From Mobula birostris (Eukaryota), in the NCBI RefSeq assembly GCF_030028105.1, contig NC_092374.1:195109345-195173344 (forward strand): DNA of 64,000 nucleotides, written 5' to 3'. Under the pieces are notes generated by a model. That model did not search any database. It was not told where the DNA came from and was given only the letters and a program-made list of their open reading frames with translations. The position numbers were made by a program, and so were the translations under genes. Of the stretch, positions 11,717 through 24,900 are shown one piece after another. Every line of letters begins with the position of its first letter. Position 1 is the stretch's first letter.

Positions 11717-14700
11717 CCCTGTGCAGGGACAACCCACGGAAGGCTGCTGGAACCAGACAATATTCCTGGCAGAGTGCTTAGAGGATGTGAAGACCAGCTA
11801 GCTGATATCCTCACTGACATCATTGCCTTGGCGAGTAGGGTAAAGGAAAACCCCAAGGCATTCTTCAATTATTTGAAGAAAAAAAGGATGATAGGAGTGA
11901 AGGTAGGACCGATTACAGATAAAGGTGGGAAGATGTGCCTGGAGGCTGTGGAAGTGAGCGAGGTCCTCAATGCATACTTCTCTTCGGTATTCACCAATGA
12001 GAGGTAACTTGATGATGTTGAGGACAATATGAGTGAGGGTGATGTTCTGGAGCATGTTGAAATTAAGGGAGAGGTGGTGTTGGAGTTGTTAAAACACATT
12101 AGGACGGATAAGACCCTGGGGCCTGACGGAATATTTCCGGGGCTGCTCCACGAGGCGAGGGAAGAGATTGCTGAGCGTCTGGCTAGGATCTTTATGTCCT
12201 CGTTGTCCACGGGAATGGTACTGGAAGATTGGAGGGAGGTGAGTGTTGTCCCCTTTTTCAAAAAAGGTAGCAGGGATAGTCCGGGTAATTATAGACCAGT
12301 GAGCCTTACGTCTCTGGTGGGAAAGCTGTTGGAAAAGATTCTGAGAGATAGGATCTATGAACATTTACAGAATCGTGGTCTGATCAGGGACAGACAGCAT
12401 GGCTTTGTGAAGGGCAGATTGTGTCTAACAAGCCTGACAGAATTCTTTGAGGAGGTGACCAGGCATATAGATGAGGGTAGTGCAGTAGATGTGATCTATA
12501 TGGATTTTAGTAAGGCATTTGACAAGGTTCCACACGGTAGGATTATTCAGAAAGTCAGAAGGCATGGGATCCAGGGAAGTTTGGCCAGGTGGATTCAGAA
12601 TTGGCTTGCCTGCAGAAGGCAGAGGGTGGTGGTGGAGGGAGTACATTCAGATTGGAGGATTGTGACTAGTGGTGTCCCACAAGGATCTGTTCTGAGACCT
12701 CTACTTTTCGTGATTTTTATTAACGACCTGGATGTGGGGGTAGAAGGGTGGGCAGGTTTGCAGACGACACAAAGCTTGGTGGTGTTGTAGATAGTGTAGA
12801 GGATTGTCGAAGATTGCTGAGAGACATTGATAGGATGCAGAAGTGGGCTGAGAAGTGGCAGATGGAGTTCAACCCGGAGAAGTGTGAGTTGGTACACTTT
12901 GGAAGGACAAACTCCAAGGCAGAGTACAAAGTAAATGGCAGGATACTTGGCAGCGTGGAGGAGCAAAGGGATCTGTGGGTACATGTCCACAGATCCCTGA
13001 AAGTTGCCTCACAGGTAGATAGGGTAGTTAAGAAAGCTTATGGGGTGTTACCTTTCATCAGTCGAGGGATAGAGTTTAAGAGTCGCAATGTAATGATGCA
13101 GCTCTGTAAAACTCTGGTTAGGCCACACTTGGAGTACTGTGTCCAGTTCTGGTCACCTCACTATAGGAAGGATGTGGAATCGTTGGAAAGGGTACAGAGG
13201 AGATTTACCAGGATGCTGCCTGGTTTAGAGTGTATGGATTATGGTGAGAGATTAAGGGAGCTAGGGCTTTACTCTTTGGAGAGAAGGTGGATGAGAGGAG
13301 ACATGATAGAGGTGTACAAGATATCAAGAGGAATAGATAGAGTGGATAGCCAGCGCCTCTTCCCCAGGGCACCACTGCTCAATACAAGAGTACATGGCCT
13401 TAAGGTGAGGGGTAGGAAGTTCAAGGGGGTTATTAGAGGAAGGTTTTTTACTCAGAGAGTGGTTGGTGCGTGGAATACACTGCCTGAGTCAGTGGTGAAG
13501 GCAGATACATTAGTGAAGTTTAAGAAACTACTAGACAGGTATATGGAGGAATTTAAGTTGGGGGGTTATATGGGAGGCAGGGTTTGAGGGTCGGCATAAC
13601 ATTGTGGGCCGAAGAGCCTGTAATGTACTGTAATATTCTATGTTCTATGTTCTATCTCCCTAAGCAGCGTCCTCATTGCTACGTGCTTCAAGGCCGCAAC
13701 CATCTTCCCTGTGCCGAAGAAGTCTTCAGTGTCCTGCCTCAACGATTACTGTCCCGTCGCACTCACACCCATCATCATGAAGTGTTTGGAGAGGCTGGTC
13801 ATGAGGTACATCAAGACCCTGCTGCTCCCCTCAGTGGACCCCCTGTAGTCCGCGTACCGGCCCAACCGTTCAACAGACGACGCTATTTGCCATCACTCTC
13901 CACCTGGCCCTAACCCACCTGGACAAAAAAGACACGAACATTCGAATGCTGTTCATAAACTTCAGTTCAGCATTCAACACAATCATTCCTCAGAAACTGA
14001 TTGGAAAGCTGAGCCTACTGGTCCTGAACATCTCCCTCTGCAACTGAGTCCTAGACTTTCTGTCTGGGAGACCTCAGTCAGTCCGGATTGGACGCACATA
14101 TTCAACACTATCACACTGAGCACGGGGGCCCCACAGGGCTGTGTGCTCAGTCCACTGCTGTTCACTGTGCTGACCCACGACTGTGCTGCAAAACACAGCT
14201 GGAATCACATCATCAAGTTCGCCGATGACACTATCATGGTGGGTCTCATCAGCAAGAACAATGAATCAGCATACAGAGAGGAGGTGCAGCGGCTAACAGA
14301 CTGGTGCAGAGCCAACAACCTGTGTCTGAATGTGAACAAAACAAAAGAGATGGCTTTTGACTTCAGGAGGACACAGAACGACCACTCTTCGCTGAACATC
14401 GACAACTCCTCTGTAGAGATCGTTAAAAGCACCAAATTTCTTGGGGTTCACCTGGCGACGAATCTCACCTGGTCCCTCAACACCAGCTCCATAGCAAAGA
14501 AAGCCCAGCAGCGTCTCTACTTTCTGGGAAGGCTGAGAAAAGTCCATCTCCCACCCCCCATCCTCACCACATTCAACAGAGGTTGTATTGAGAACATCCT
14601 GAGTGGCTGCATTACTGCCTGGTTCGAAAATTGCCCCATCTCGGATCGCAAGACCCTGCAGCGGACAGTGGTCAGCTGAGAAGATTATAGGGGTCTCTCT

Positions 14701-15126
14701 TCCCGCCACTAGAGACATTTACACCACATGCTCTATCTGTAAAGCAAACAGCGTTATGAAGGACCCCACGCACCCCTCATACAAACACTTCTCCCTCCTG
14801 CCATCTGGCAAAAGTCACCGAAGTTTCTTCCCCCAAGCCATCAGTTCCTCAATACCCAGAGCCTGGACTGACACCAACCTACTGCCCTCTACTGTACCTA
14901 TTGTCTTGTTTATTATTTATTGTAATGCCTGCATTGTTTTGTTCACTTTATGCAGTCCTGGGTAGGTCTGTAGTCTAGTGTAGTTCTTCTGTTGTTTTAC
15001 GTAGTTCAGGGTAGTTTTGTTTTGTTCATGTAGCACCATGGTCCTGAAAAAAACGTTGTCTCGTTTTTACTGTGTACTGTAACAGCAGTTATGGTCGAAA
15101 TGACAATAAAAAGTGACTTGACTTGA
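11717..15126 (+). mobile_element. Rex1/Babar-type LINE (RT region to 3' end), itself split by a CR1
   Basis: LRGCEDQLADILTDI at about 11774 resumes at 13656. ORF 14143-14679 reads LSPLLFTVLTHDC..KFADDT..NVNKTKEM. The 3' end is AATAAAAAG followed by TGACT repeats. Confidence 0.85.
11822..13655 (+). mobile_element. CR1 LINE, 5'-truncated (about 1.8 kb of ORF2), frameshifted
   Basis: ORFs 12029-12790 ([28 protein letters not shown]) and 12748-13587 (FADDTK). The tail is TTCTATGTTCTATGTTCTAT. Confidence 0.95.
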
Positions 15127-15559
15127 TTTGGATAGGCAGAGGCTTTTCCCCTGCGCTGAAATGGTTGCCACAAGTGGACACAGGTTTAAGGTGCTAGGGA
15201 GAAGGTTCAGAGGAGATGTCAGGGGTAAGTTTTTTTACGCACAGCGTGGTGAGTGTGTGGAATGGGCTGCCGGCAACGGTGGCGGAGGCGGATACGACAG
15301 TGTCTTTTAAGTGACTTTTGGATAGGTACATGGAGCTTAGAAAACTAGTGGGCTATGGCTACGCCTAGTAATCTCTAAGGTAGGGTGTCAAAACACAACT
15401 AATCATTGAGTCGGTGTCTGTGGCATCAGGCACTGCTGATAGGAATCTACTGCACCTGCTCCCCAACAATAGAATGTTAAATCTAAAATAACACCAGTTT
15501 CGGAATACATAGTGATCACTGTACTGCCTCTAGTCAGTTTATATTTTAGGAACCGCAAC

Positions 15560-16010
15560 AGAGCGAGAGATAGAAATTAATATATAAATGGTCTCACTGC
15601 TGAGCAAAAAGCAGGGAAGTGGGAGTTCAGGATCTTCAACGCTAACTGGACCAGTGCCTGCTCATTTCGCAAACATACTTCTGTAAATCATCAGTTTTGC
15701 GCAAGTTCCATGAGCAACTTTTCATGGAATAAAATGAGTCATGCTGAGCTGATTTTCCTTCACAAAATTGCTGTACTCTCTAGTTCCTGAGAACTAGGAC
15801 ATGTACTGATTTCTTGGGGAGATGTTTGCTTACTGAGATTACGACTGAACAATTAGGATTATCATGGAACTACGAAAATGAGAAAAGTGGGGTCCTTAAG
15901 TTGCACGCAAGATGCGAAGAAAATGATGTTCCATGCTGCATGCCACAAGCAAGAATTTCAATTTCAATTCCCCCTTTTGGTTCCGATAATACAATGCTGA
16001 CGTGGTAAGT
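15560..16010 (+). promoter_or_regulatory. Candidate promoter/first exon in a unique island (possibly of the NCR3-like gene)
   Basis: Non-repetitive. Contains TATATAAA at about 15581, an ETS-like GGGAAGT at about 15614 and a strong donor GTG|GTAAGT after 16004. No intact phase-1 leader ORF ends at this donor. Confidence 0.3.
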
Positions 16011-16939
16011 TTTATTCTGGGTTTCCTTCTTTCAGGATTTCTTTGTGTGTGTGTGTTTGCATCGTCGAAGAGAGGTCACAGACACCTGATTGTTAAAGTA
16101 AGTGGTCTTCTGTTTTCCACATTTACTTAAAGAGAAGCAGCGAACGAATTCCCTGTAATATACTATATCTATAGGCTATTATTTTTCTCTATTATATACC
16201 TGGCTTCTACCCTCGTCCTTTCCAGTCCTGATGAAGGGTCTTGGCCTGAACGGTCACTAGAACCTGCCTGACTTGCTGAATTCCTCTAGCATTTTGTGTG
16301 TGCAGCTGCTAAACTTAGTTGAAAAAGTATTGAAGGAAACCTTTTTGAAAAGTGGAGGTCAAATTCACTAGAACATAAAAGGAAAAATATGAGCGAAATT
16401 ATTGCAGCCAGTGCGATATGTTGTTGGACTCAGCTCCAAACCATAGCTAGAAAGGATTAACGTACTTAGGAAGGGGCAGAAGGTACTTCTTGAGGATCTT
16501 AATTGCAAAAGTTGGTTTTTTTTGTGACGATGTAAGAGTAGATTTCAAGTGCAGTATATTTGATGTTGCACATATGATTTTAACAATGCTCTTCACAAAC
16601 TTTCCAATGAAGGCCATTGATAAATAAAGATCAAAGTCCAAATTTCAAAGTGGATTTTTTTCATTGTTAATGCACATATATGTCACCACGTACAACATTG
16701 CGGTGACTTTCTTGGGGACATAATCAATAAATCCATAATAAAATGCTAATAATAATAGACTCAATGAAAGACTTGGCCGTTTAGCCAGTGTGCAAAAGGT
16801 AACAAACTGTTGTCAAAACAAATACAAAAAGGAAGAAGTAATAATAACACATAAATAAGCAATAAATATGGAGAATATTTGATGAGGAATCCTTGAAAGT
16901 GAGTCCATAAGTTATGGGAAAATTTCAGTGATGGAGCAA

Positions 16940-18436
16940 GTAAAGTGAAGTGCAGTTACCCGTTTTGGTTTAAGAGCTTCATGTAAAACTGCTCCTGAAA
17001 CTGGTGGTAAAACTGTTCCTGAAACTGGTGGCGTGGGTCCTGAAGCTCCCTATCTTCTTCCCGGTGGCAGCAACAATAAAAGCTCATGTCCTGGGTACTG
17101 TGTGTTGTGTGTGTATGGCGGGGGGGGGGGTGTTCTGGGAGGGGTGTCCTTGATGATGTATGTATTCCTGCGACAATGCTTCATATAGATGTGTTCAATT
17201 AGATTTTTGGATCATTGGTATCGCTTCTGGGGAAGTTGGGACCTGTATAGATAGGATATGTTGCACCTGAACTCGAGGGGGAGCAATATCCTTGCAGGCA
17301 GCTTTGCCAGCATTGTTCGGGAGGGTTTAAACTAACTTGCAAGGGGGGTGGGGTGGGACCCAGAGCGATAGAGCAGTGAAAGTTTAAGAGAATACTCGAC
17401 AGGTATATGGAGGAAGTTAAGAGAGTACTAGACAGGTATATGGGGGGTTACATGGGAGGCAGGGTTTGAGGATCGGCTCAACATTGTGGACCGAAGGGCC
17501 TGTAATGTGCTGAACTATTTTATGTTAAATGTTCAGTAGTGGGGAGATATTTACTCGTGGTGGACCGGATCGTATCCTCTACTTTTTTCAGGATTTTCTA
17601 TTCAAGGGCATTGGCGTTTCAAACCAGGTTGTGATACAGCTGGTCAGTATTCTCGCCAATACACGTCTATAGATGCCCGTCTAAATTTTAGATGGCATGC
17701 CGAATCGTTGAAAACTCATCAGGAAGTAGAGGTGCTAGCATGCGTCCTTCTTAATTACACTTAAGTGCTGGGCGCATGACAGGTCCCCTGAAATGATAAC
17801 ACCGAGGAATTTAAAGTTGCTGACCGTCTCCACCTCTCATCCTCCAATGAGGAATAGAGCATTGACCTCGGGTTTTCTCCTTCTGAAGTCAGTAATCAGT
17901 TCTTTGGTCTTCCTGTCATTAGGTAAGAGATATTTGTTAGGGCACCACTCAAGCAAATTTTCAATCCGGTCAAAATGGCATCCGAGAACAGGGATTCTTC
18001 GGGCGACATCTTGCAAAACCCAGCCAATTTTCTGTGTTTTCTTTCTTATCGACGATTGGTGGGTGGATGATATGTTACTTTTGTGCAAGGGAGGAGTTGG
18101 AGATTATTGTTGCTGTTCATGTTGGTGTACTCAGCCTCATCTCCCTTGCTGATGCATCCAGCTATGGCAGAGCCATCCGAAAACTTCTGAAGATGACAAG
18201 ACTCTGTGCAGTAGTTGAAGTCCGAGGTGTAAATGGTGAAGAGAAAGGGAGACAAGACAGTCCCCTGTGGAGCCCCAGTGCTGCTGATCACTCTGTCGGA
18301 CACACAGTGTTGCAAGCACACGTACTGTAGTCTGCCAGTCAGGTAATCAAGAATCCATGATACCAGGGAAGCATCCACCTGCATCGTTATCAGCTTCTCC
18401 CCCAGCAGAGCAGGGCGGATGGCGGATGGAGCAGGA
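16940..18436 (-). mobile_element. Rex1/Babar-like LINE RT remnants, interleaved with CR1 pieces at about 17200-17530
   Basis: ORF 18046-18453 reads SWILDYLTGRLQYV..GAPQGTVLSPFLFTIYTSD..LQKFSDG. Confidence 0.75.
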
Positions 18437-18989
18437 CCCATACAGCTTGGCACCAGTGTCGTCGCAGAGCACTGTGTGATTAAGTGCCTTGCTCAAGGAC
18501 ACACACACGTTCCCTCGGCTGGGGCTTGAACTCACGACCTTCAGGTAGCTAGTCCAATGCCTTAACCACTTAGCTCACACGGCTAATATAATGGGACATA
18601 GTATTAAGATGTTAGGAGCAAAGTATAATGGGAGATGTCAGGAGTATGATTTTGTACACGGAGAGTAGTAGGTGCGTGGAACGCGCTGCCAGAATTGATG
18701 GTATAGGCAGATATATTAGGGATTCTAGGACAGTTCCATGATTAAAACAAAATTAATGGTTATGTGGGAGACATACTGGTTATTGTTCTTGGAGTACGTT
18801 AACAGGTTAGCACATAATCGTGGGCCGAAGGGTTTGTACTGTGTTGTATTGTTCTTTGCTCTATAGAAGGAAAAATGTTTGCGCTGTTGGCGAGAATATA
18901 GCTCGAAAGAAGCCTTGGTAACTTTTAATAGATATCTGAAGAGACATAGAATGCAATTTTTAAACTTAGGCATATAGCGCAGAGTAAAC

Positions 18990-19235
18990 CCTTTCAGTCT
19001 TTCAAGCATTGACGCCCATCAACCCCCGATTAAACTTAGCCTAATCACGGGAAAATTTACAATGGCAAATTAACCCTCTAATCGGTACTGGTATGGACTG
19101 TAGGAGGTAACCGGAGCGCACGGAGAAGTGCAACACATTCCAAGGAGGACGTACAGACTCCTTATAGAGGACTTCGCAATTGAACTCCGAACTCCGAGCC
19201 CCGAACTGTAATAGCAGAGTGCTTAGTGCTAAGCT
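18990..19235 (-). mobile_element. V-SINE-like element
   Basis: Reverse complement contains the V-domain-like core TGCGCTCCGGTTACCTCC, similar to the copies at 42.9k and 53.8k. Confidence 0.6.
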
Positions 19236-20442
19236 ATGTCGCCCATGGTAGTCGGGGTGGTCCATAAGTCATGGATAGGCCATCTCCACATTTTGTTAAT
19301 AAGTGAAATAGAGCATCTATCGCAAATGTATTTAGAAGGCAGCAGCAAAAGCAAATTCAAGGCTTTTTGTTTGTTTGGCTGCTTTTATAGATATCAATTG
19401 ATAGAGTTCAATTTGAGGCTTCATATTGAATGCATGGATGATAACGTTTCTGATAAACAAAGTAGGACTTTCCTATTTATATCGTATCCGATGCCTAAGT
19501 TCAGACACGATTGTCCTAATGAACGCTCTCGGGCCACACATTGTGGGAATGCAAAGTTGGCGCCAGAATGACTGGCAATACATCATTGTGTGTGTTGTTA
19601 ACACAAACGACCAATATCACTGTTTATTTTGATATACATGTAATAGGTAATATCTTGTCAGTTTGTTTCTGACAGTTTTACGTCCCCAGTGCAATTAGCC
19701 ACGGTAGAGTACAATAACCAAAGTCAATTCTCATTGTGCATTCATAGTGCTAAGCAAACGCAAGTGTATGAAAAACTGAGCAGTTTGTGGACAGCGATAG
19801 AAACTATAAATAGTTCTCCAGCATTCCAGCATAGGCCGTAAACGCTTACATAGACACTAGGGAGACCGCAGATGCTGGAAATATTGAACAACACACACAC
19901 ACACAGAGCTTGCGACCGCAGTCTAGTCCCTTCACTGGGCCTGAAGGGTCAATCTGCCCCCAGTGCGCACCGAGGGCGTGGAATCCGCGAAAGCCTCAGA
20001 TAATTGAGGCTTTTCTGGATTATGTCTCTTTTTGGAATGGGGCTTGACGGACTGGGACAAAAGGACATTAGCCCGAGTTCAAGTGACTGAAAACATTATT
20101 TTGCAACACAATTGCAGCATGCATTACTTATAAGTGAACCATTGAAAATAATGATTCGATCGAACAATTATTATTTTGGCATAAATGACATTCACCATTA
20201 CGTATTTTTACGAATGGTGACGAAGTGGCTCCTGATTGCACTGGAGGCAGTGGCGTTTGACACATTTCCAAAGAAATGATCTGGGCTGGCTTGTGCCAAA
20301 AATCTGTATTAGCAAACTAATTTTTTCTGACTTCACTTACAGGCAGTCTCTGAAACATGGTTTGGAATGTGGTCCTTTGGTCAGCAATGCTCCTCGGTAA
20401 GCAATGCACACTTAGAGACTCACATACCGGCATAAGAATATA

Positions 20443-20445
<3 letters not shown>

Positions 20446-20490
<45 letters not shown>
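20446..20490. repeat. (AC)n microsatellite, about 22 units
   Basis: Seen directly in the sequence. Confidence 0.95.
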
Positions 20491-20491
<1 letters not shown>

Positions 20492-20529
20492 CTAACAAAG
20501 GGTACTTTACCGAGAACATGGGGTGAAGG

Positions 20530-21935
20530 CCTTGAAAGTGAGTACATAGGTTGTGAGAACATTTCAATGACGGGACAAGTGTAGTTGAATGGTTGAGGGG
20601 TAATAACTGGTCATGAAACTGGTGATGTGGGTACTGAGGCTCATTTACCTTCTTCCTGCTGGCAGAGTGGTGGAGGGTCCTTGGTGACGATGGGTGCTGC
20701 TTTCCTGAGACAGCGATTCGTGTACGTGTGCTCAATAGTCGGGAGTGTTTTACCCGTGATTGACTGGGCTATATTGACTACTTCTTTGTAGGATTTTCTA
20801 TCAAGGCCATCGGTGGTTCCATACCAGGCTGTGATTCAGCCAGTCCACGTACTTTCCACCACATAACTACACAAGTTTGTCAAAGCTTTAGATGTTTTGC
20901 CGAATCTTAGCAACCTCCTAAGGGAATACAGGCGCTGTCATGCTTTCTTTGTAATGGCACTTACATACTGTGTCTAGGTCAGAACCCCCGAACTCTTAAC
21001 ACCGAGAAATTTAAAGTTGCTGATCCTCAATGCCACTGATCTTCCGATGAGGACAGGCTCATGGACTTACGGTTTCCTCCTACTGAAATCAATAATCAGC
21101 TCATTGTTCTTGCTGTCATTGAGTGCGAGGTTGTTGTTAGCAAAGTTTAATATGACGTTGGTGCTGTGCTTCGCCTTATAGTCAGCAATCTAAAGTCAGT
21201 AGAGCAGGAGCTAAGCACACAGACTTCTAGTACACCTGTGTGGATAGCGATTGTGATAATGCTGTTGCCAATCCGAAATGACTAGGTTCTGCAAGTGAGG
21301 ACCCAATTGCAGCAAGGAGGTACTGAGGCCACTGACTTGAAGATTAATCATTAGCTTTGCTGGGAGGTTGGTAGTGAATGCCGAGGTGCAGTGATGAAGA
21401 GCATTTTTGCTGTATGCATTTTGCTGTCATATGTTTCCGTGTTGAGCGAAGAGAGAATGAAATGGCATCTGCCGTGGGCTTGTTGTGCTGGTAGGCAAAA
21501 TGGAGCGGTTTCTAGTCGCTTCTGAGGTCGGAGTTTACATGTTTCCTCACCAACCTCTCAAAGCAGCTCAACACAGTGATGTAAGTGCTACTGGACGACT
21601 GTTATGGAGGCAGGCTACAACGCTTTTCTGAGTCATCAGTATAACTGAATGCTGCTCGAAGCAGATGAGTACCTCAGACTGCAGAAGTGAGGGGTTGAAG
21701 ATCTGAGTAAATATTCCAGCCAGCCGATCAGCACAGGTCTTCAGTACTCAGCCAGGTATCCCACCTGTGCCTGTTGCTTTCCGTGGGTTCACCGTCCTGA
21801 AGAACGCTTTTAGGTCGGCCCCGGAAACTGAAATCAAAGGGTCATGGGGAAAGCTGGAAACTCATGAGCGTTCATCCATGCTTTGACGGTGAAAGTGAGC
21901 ATAGAAGGCATTGCGCTCATCTGGCAGCGAAACAC
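20530..21935 (-). mobile_element. Degraded Rex1-like LINE
   Basis: Reverse complement resembles the Rex1 copy at 13.7-15.1k and the remnant at 17.6-18.0k. No long ORF remains. Confidence 0.6.
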
Positions 21936-21939
21936 TGTT

Positions 21940-24900
21940 ATAGAACATAAAACATAGAATAGTGCAGCACAGTGCAGGTCCTTTAATCCACAATGTTGTG
22001 CTGACCCTCAAACCCTGCCTCCCATATAAGCCCCCACCTTAAATTCCTCCATATACCTGTCTAGCAGTCTCTTAAACTTCACTAGTGTATCTGCCTCCAC
22101 CACTGACTCAGGCAGTGCATTCCACGCACCAACCACTCTCTGAGTAAAAAACCCTCCTCTAATATTCCCCTTGAACCTCCTACCACTTACCTGAAAGCCA
22201 TGTTCTCTTGTATTCAACAGTGGTGCCCTGGGGAAGAGGCGCTGGCTATCCACTCTATCTATTCCTCTTACTATCTTGTACACCTCTATCATGTCTCCTC
22301 TCATCCTCCCTCTCTCCAAAGAATAAAGCCCTAGCTCCCTTAATCTCTGATCATAATGCATACTCTCTAAACCAGGCAGCATCCTGGTAAGTCTTCTCTG
22401 TACCCTTTCCAATGCTCCACATCCTTCCTATAGTGAGGCGACCAGAACTGGACACACTACTCCAAGTGTAGCCTAAACAGAGTTTTATAGAGCTGCATCA
22501 TTACCTCGCGACTCTTAAACTCTATCCCTCGACTTATGAAAGCTAACACACCATAAGCTTTCTTAACTACCCTATCCACCTGTGAGGGAACTTTCAGGGA
22601 TCTATGGCATTGTACCTCCAGATCCCTCTTCTTCTCCACACTACTAAGTATCCTGCCATTTACTTTGTACTCTGCCTTGGAGTTTGTCCTTCCAAAGTGT
22701 ACCACCTCACACCTCTCAGGGTTGAACTCTATCTGCCACTTCTCAGCCCACTTCTGCATCCTATCAATGTCTCTCTGCAATCTTCGACAACCCCCTACAC
22801 TATCTACAACACCACCAACCTTTGTGTCGCCTGCAAACTTGCCAACCCACCCTTCCACCCCCACATCCAGTTGTTAATGAAAATCACGAGACGTAGTGGT
22901 CCCAGAACAGATCCTTGTGGGACACCACTAGTCAAAACCCTCCAATCTGAATGTACTCCCTCCACCACCACCCTCTGCCTTCTGCAGGCAAGCCAATTCT
23001 GAATCCACCTGGCCAAACTTCCCTGGACCCCATGCCTTCTGACTTTCTGAATAAGCCTACCGTGTGGAACCTTGTCAAATGCCTTACTAAAATCCATATA
23101 GATCACATCCACTGCACTACCCTCATCTACATGCCTGGTCACCTCCTCAAAGAACACGATCTGCCCTTCACAAAGCCATGATCACTGTCCCTGATCAGAC
23201 CATGATTCTCTAAATGCCCAGCTATCCTAACTCTAAGAATCTTTTCCAACAGCTTTCCCACCACAGACGTAAGGCTCACTGGTCTATAATTACCCGGACT
23301 ATCCCTACTACCTTTTTTGAACAAGGGGACAACATTCGCCTCCCTCCAATCCTCCAGTACGATTCCCATGGAAAACGAGGACATAAAGATCCTAGCCAGA
23401 GGCTCAGCAATCTCTTCCCTCGCCTCGTGGAGCAGCCTGGGGAATATTCCGTCAGGCCTCGGGAACTTATCCATCCTAATCTATTTTAACAATTCCAACA
23501 CCTCCTCTCCCTTAATATCAACATGCTCCAGAACATCAACCTCACTCATATTGTCCTCTCCATCATATTATCCTCTCCATCATCAAGTTCTCTCTCATTG
23601 GTGAATACCGAAGAGAAGTATTCATTGAGGAGCTCGCTCACTTCCACAGCCTCCAGGCACATCTTCCCACCTTTATCTCTGATCGGTCCTACCTTCACTC
23701 CTGTCATCCTTTTTTTCTTCACATAATTGAAGGATGCCTTGGGGTTTTCCTTTACCTTTTCCGCCAAGGCCTTCTCATGCCCCCTTCTTGCTCTTCTCGG
23801 CCCTTTCTTAAGCTCCTTTCTTGCTTCCCTATATTCCTCAATAGACCCATCTGATCCTTGCTTCCTAAACCTAATGTATGCTGCCTTCTTCCACCTGACT
23901 AGATTTTCCACCTCACTTCTCACCCATGGTTCCTTCACACTACCATTCTTTATCTTCCTTACGGGGACAAATTTATCCCGAACATCCTGCAAGAGATCTC
24001 TAAACATCGACCACATGTCCATAGTACATTTTCCAGCAAAAACATCATCCCAATTCACACCCGCAAGTTCTAGCCTTATAGCCTCATAATTTGCCCTTCC
24101 CCAGTTAAAGATTTTCTTGTCCACTCTGATTCTATCCCTTTCCATGATAATGCTAAAGGCCAGGGAGCGGTGGTCACCGTCTCCCAGATGCATACCCACT
24201 GAGAGATCTGTGACCTGACCCGGTTCATTACCTAGTACTAGATCTAGTATGGCATTCCCCCTAGTCAGCCTGTCCATACACTGTGACAGGAATCCATTCT
24301 GGACACACGTAACAAACTCTGCCCCACTAAACTCTTGGAACTAATCAGGTGCCAATCAATATTAGGGAAGTTGAAGTCACCCATGATAACAACCCTGTTA
24401 TTTTTGCACCTTTCTAAAATCTGGCTCCCAATCTGCTCCTCTGTATCTCTGCTGCTACAAGGGGGCCAATAGAATACCCCCAATAGAGTAACTGCTCCCT
24501 TCCTGTTCCTGACTTCCACCCATACTGACTCAAAAGACGATCCTGCTACATTACCCACCCTTTCTGTAGCTGTAATAGTATCCCTGACCAGCAATGCCAC
24601 CTCCTCCCCCTTTTCCGCCCTCTCTATCCCTTTTAAAGTACTGAAATCCAGGAATATTGAGAATCCATTCTTGCCCTGGTGCCAGCCAAGTCTCTGTAAT
24701 GGCCACTACATCATACTTCCATGTATGTATCCAAGCATCACCTTTGTCCCTGATGCTTCTTGCATTGAGGTACACACAGTTTAGCCCTTCTACCTTACTC
24801 TCTTTACACCGTTTATTCTGTTTCTCTTTCCTCAAAGCCTCTCTGTAAGTTAGATCTGGCTTTACTCCATGCACTTCTTTCACTGCTCTATCACTCTGGG

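Larger units (their letters stand above)
11030..15360 (+). mobile_element. Outer CR1 RT/3' fragment (11030-11716 and 15127-15360) split by nested Rex1 and CR1
   Basis: ORF 11283- ends ..RGIDRV at about 11716, and the CR1 reading resumes as DRQRLFP.. (ORF 15128-15310). Confidence 0.8.
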
